A DNA stretch of 64,000 nucleotides, from contig CANROB010000007.1 of assembly GCA_947632115.1 (NCBI GenBank), forward strand, positions 67 to 64,066, in the 5' to 3' direction. The translations under genes were made by a program, and so were the position numbers. The stretch is from an uncultured Bacilli bacterium (GTDB lineage: Bacteria; Bacillota_I; Bacilli_A; RF39; UBA660). The notes beneath the pieces were generated by a model. The model searched no databases and was not told where the DNA came from. It saw nothing but the letters and a program-made list of their open reading frames with translations. Below are positions 63,855 to 64,000 of the stretch, piece by piece (position 1 is the first letter of the stretch; the number at the start of each line of letters is the position of its first letter).

Positions 63855-64000
63855 TTATTCTCCTTTTTCATTTAGCTTGACAAAAGCCAAGACTAATTTT
63901 AAAAGGTTTAATCTGCTAATTTTTATAATTTCTCTGTTACCTGTTGCTTTTTCTTCAAAATCAGTCTTGATAATCTCTTCTGTCAACCATTCTTTCGAAT
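63855..64000 (-). CDS. hypothetical phage protein, C-terminal fragment (continues past the right edge)
   Basis: Open frame from the window edge to TAA at 63855-63857 (...ISRLNLLKLVLAFVKLNEKGE). Confidence 0.4.
   Translation of the reverse strand, partial: SKEWLTEEIIKTDFEEKATGNREIIKISRLNLLKLVLAFVKLNEKGE

Noticed and set aside
1-64000. CRISPR arrays, IS elements/transposases, rRNA genes, and recognisable multi-gene defence systems (RM, CBASS, retron and similar)
   Set aside because: None were seen. The only tandem repeats are short (3 x 25 bp, 3 x 11 bp, 2 x 11 bp) and lack spacer structure. No transposase, integrase, reverse transcriptase or methyltransferase-like motifs were noticed in any listed ORF.

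Overview
Low-GC (about 30% by eye) Firmicutes chromosome segment from a spore-former (spoVAC/D/E, yqfC/yqfD, sspI, YjcZ-like tiny peptides). No homology search was possible, so all calls rest on motifs, gene order and structures read from the sequence. Positions 1-33.7 kb are core chromosome, almost all on the minus strand. They hold a lipid module (PlsC / AMP-ligase / PlsC / CDP-alcohol phosphatidyltransferase) and the head of the dcw cluster (mraZ-rsmH-ftsL-PBP, with a MraZ operator array). Next come prsA, recX, a sensor protein with a degenerate GGDEF motif, a ytxG/ytxH-like stress cluster, trmB and sspI. After these comes the conserved recO-era-cdd-dgkA-ybeY block, with glyQS behind a very short T-box-like leader and an unknown ORF, then yqfD-yqfC-spoVAE-spoVAD-spoVAC. 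Two paralogous prepilin-vWA genes bracket comEB, followed by a NUDIX gene and tRNA-Lys(CUU). From 33.8 kb to beyond the right edge lies a siphovirus-like prophage abutting the tRNA-Lys. Its visible order is an accessory (moron) slot, lysis genes, tail, head (including a phage tRNA-Pro and a MuF protein with an extra C-terminal domain), terminase, a late regulator, and early genes (PcfJ/PcfK-like). The integrase and the far att site are outside the window. The best candidate for something undescribed is in the moron slot (34.4-36.7 kb). It contains two copies of a unit made of a consensus promoter, a ~275-nt non-coding structured RNA, an intrinsic terminator and a small PBECR/RelE-barnase-like ORF, with an HNH gene between them. 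Other notable items are the mosaic pilin-vWA pair, the truncated T-box, and the MuF-toxin-like locus.
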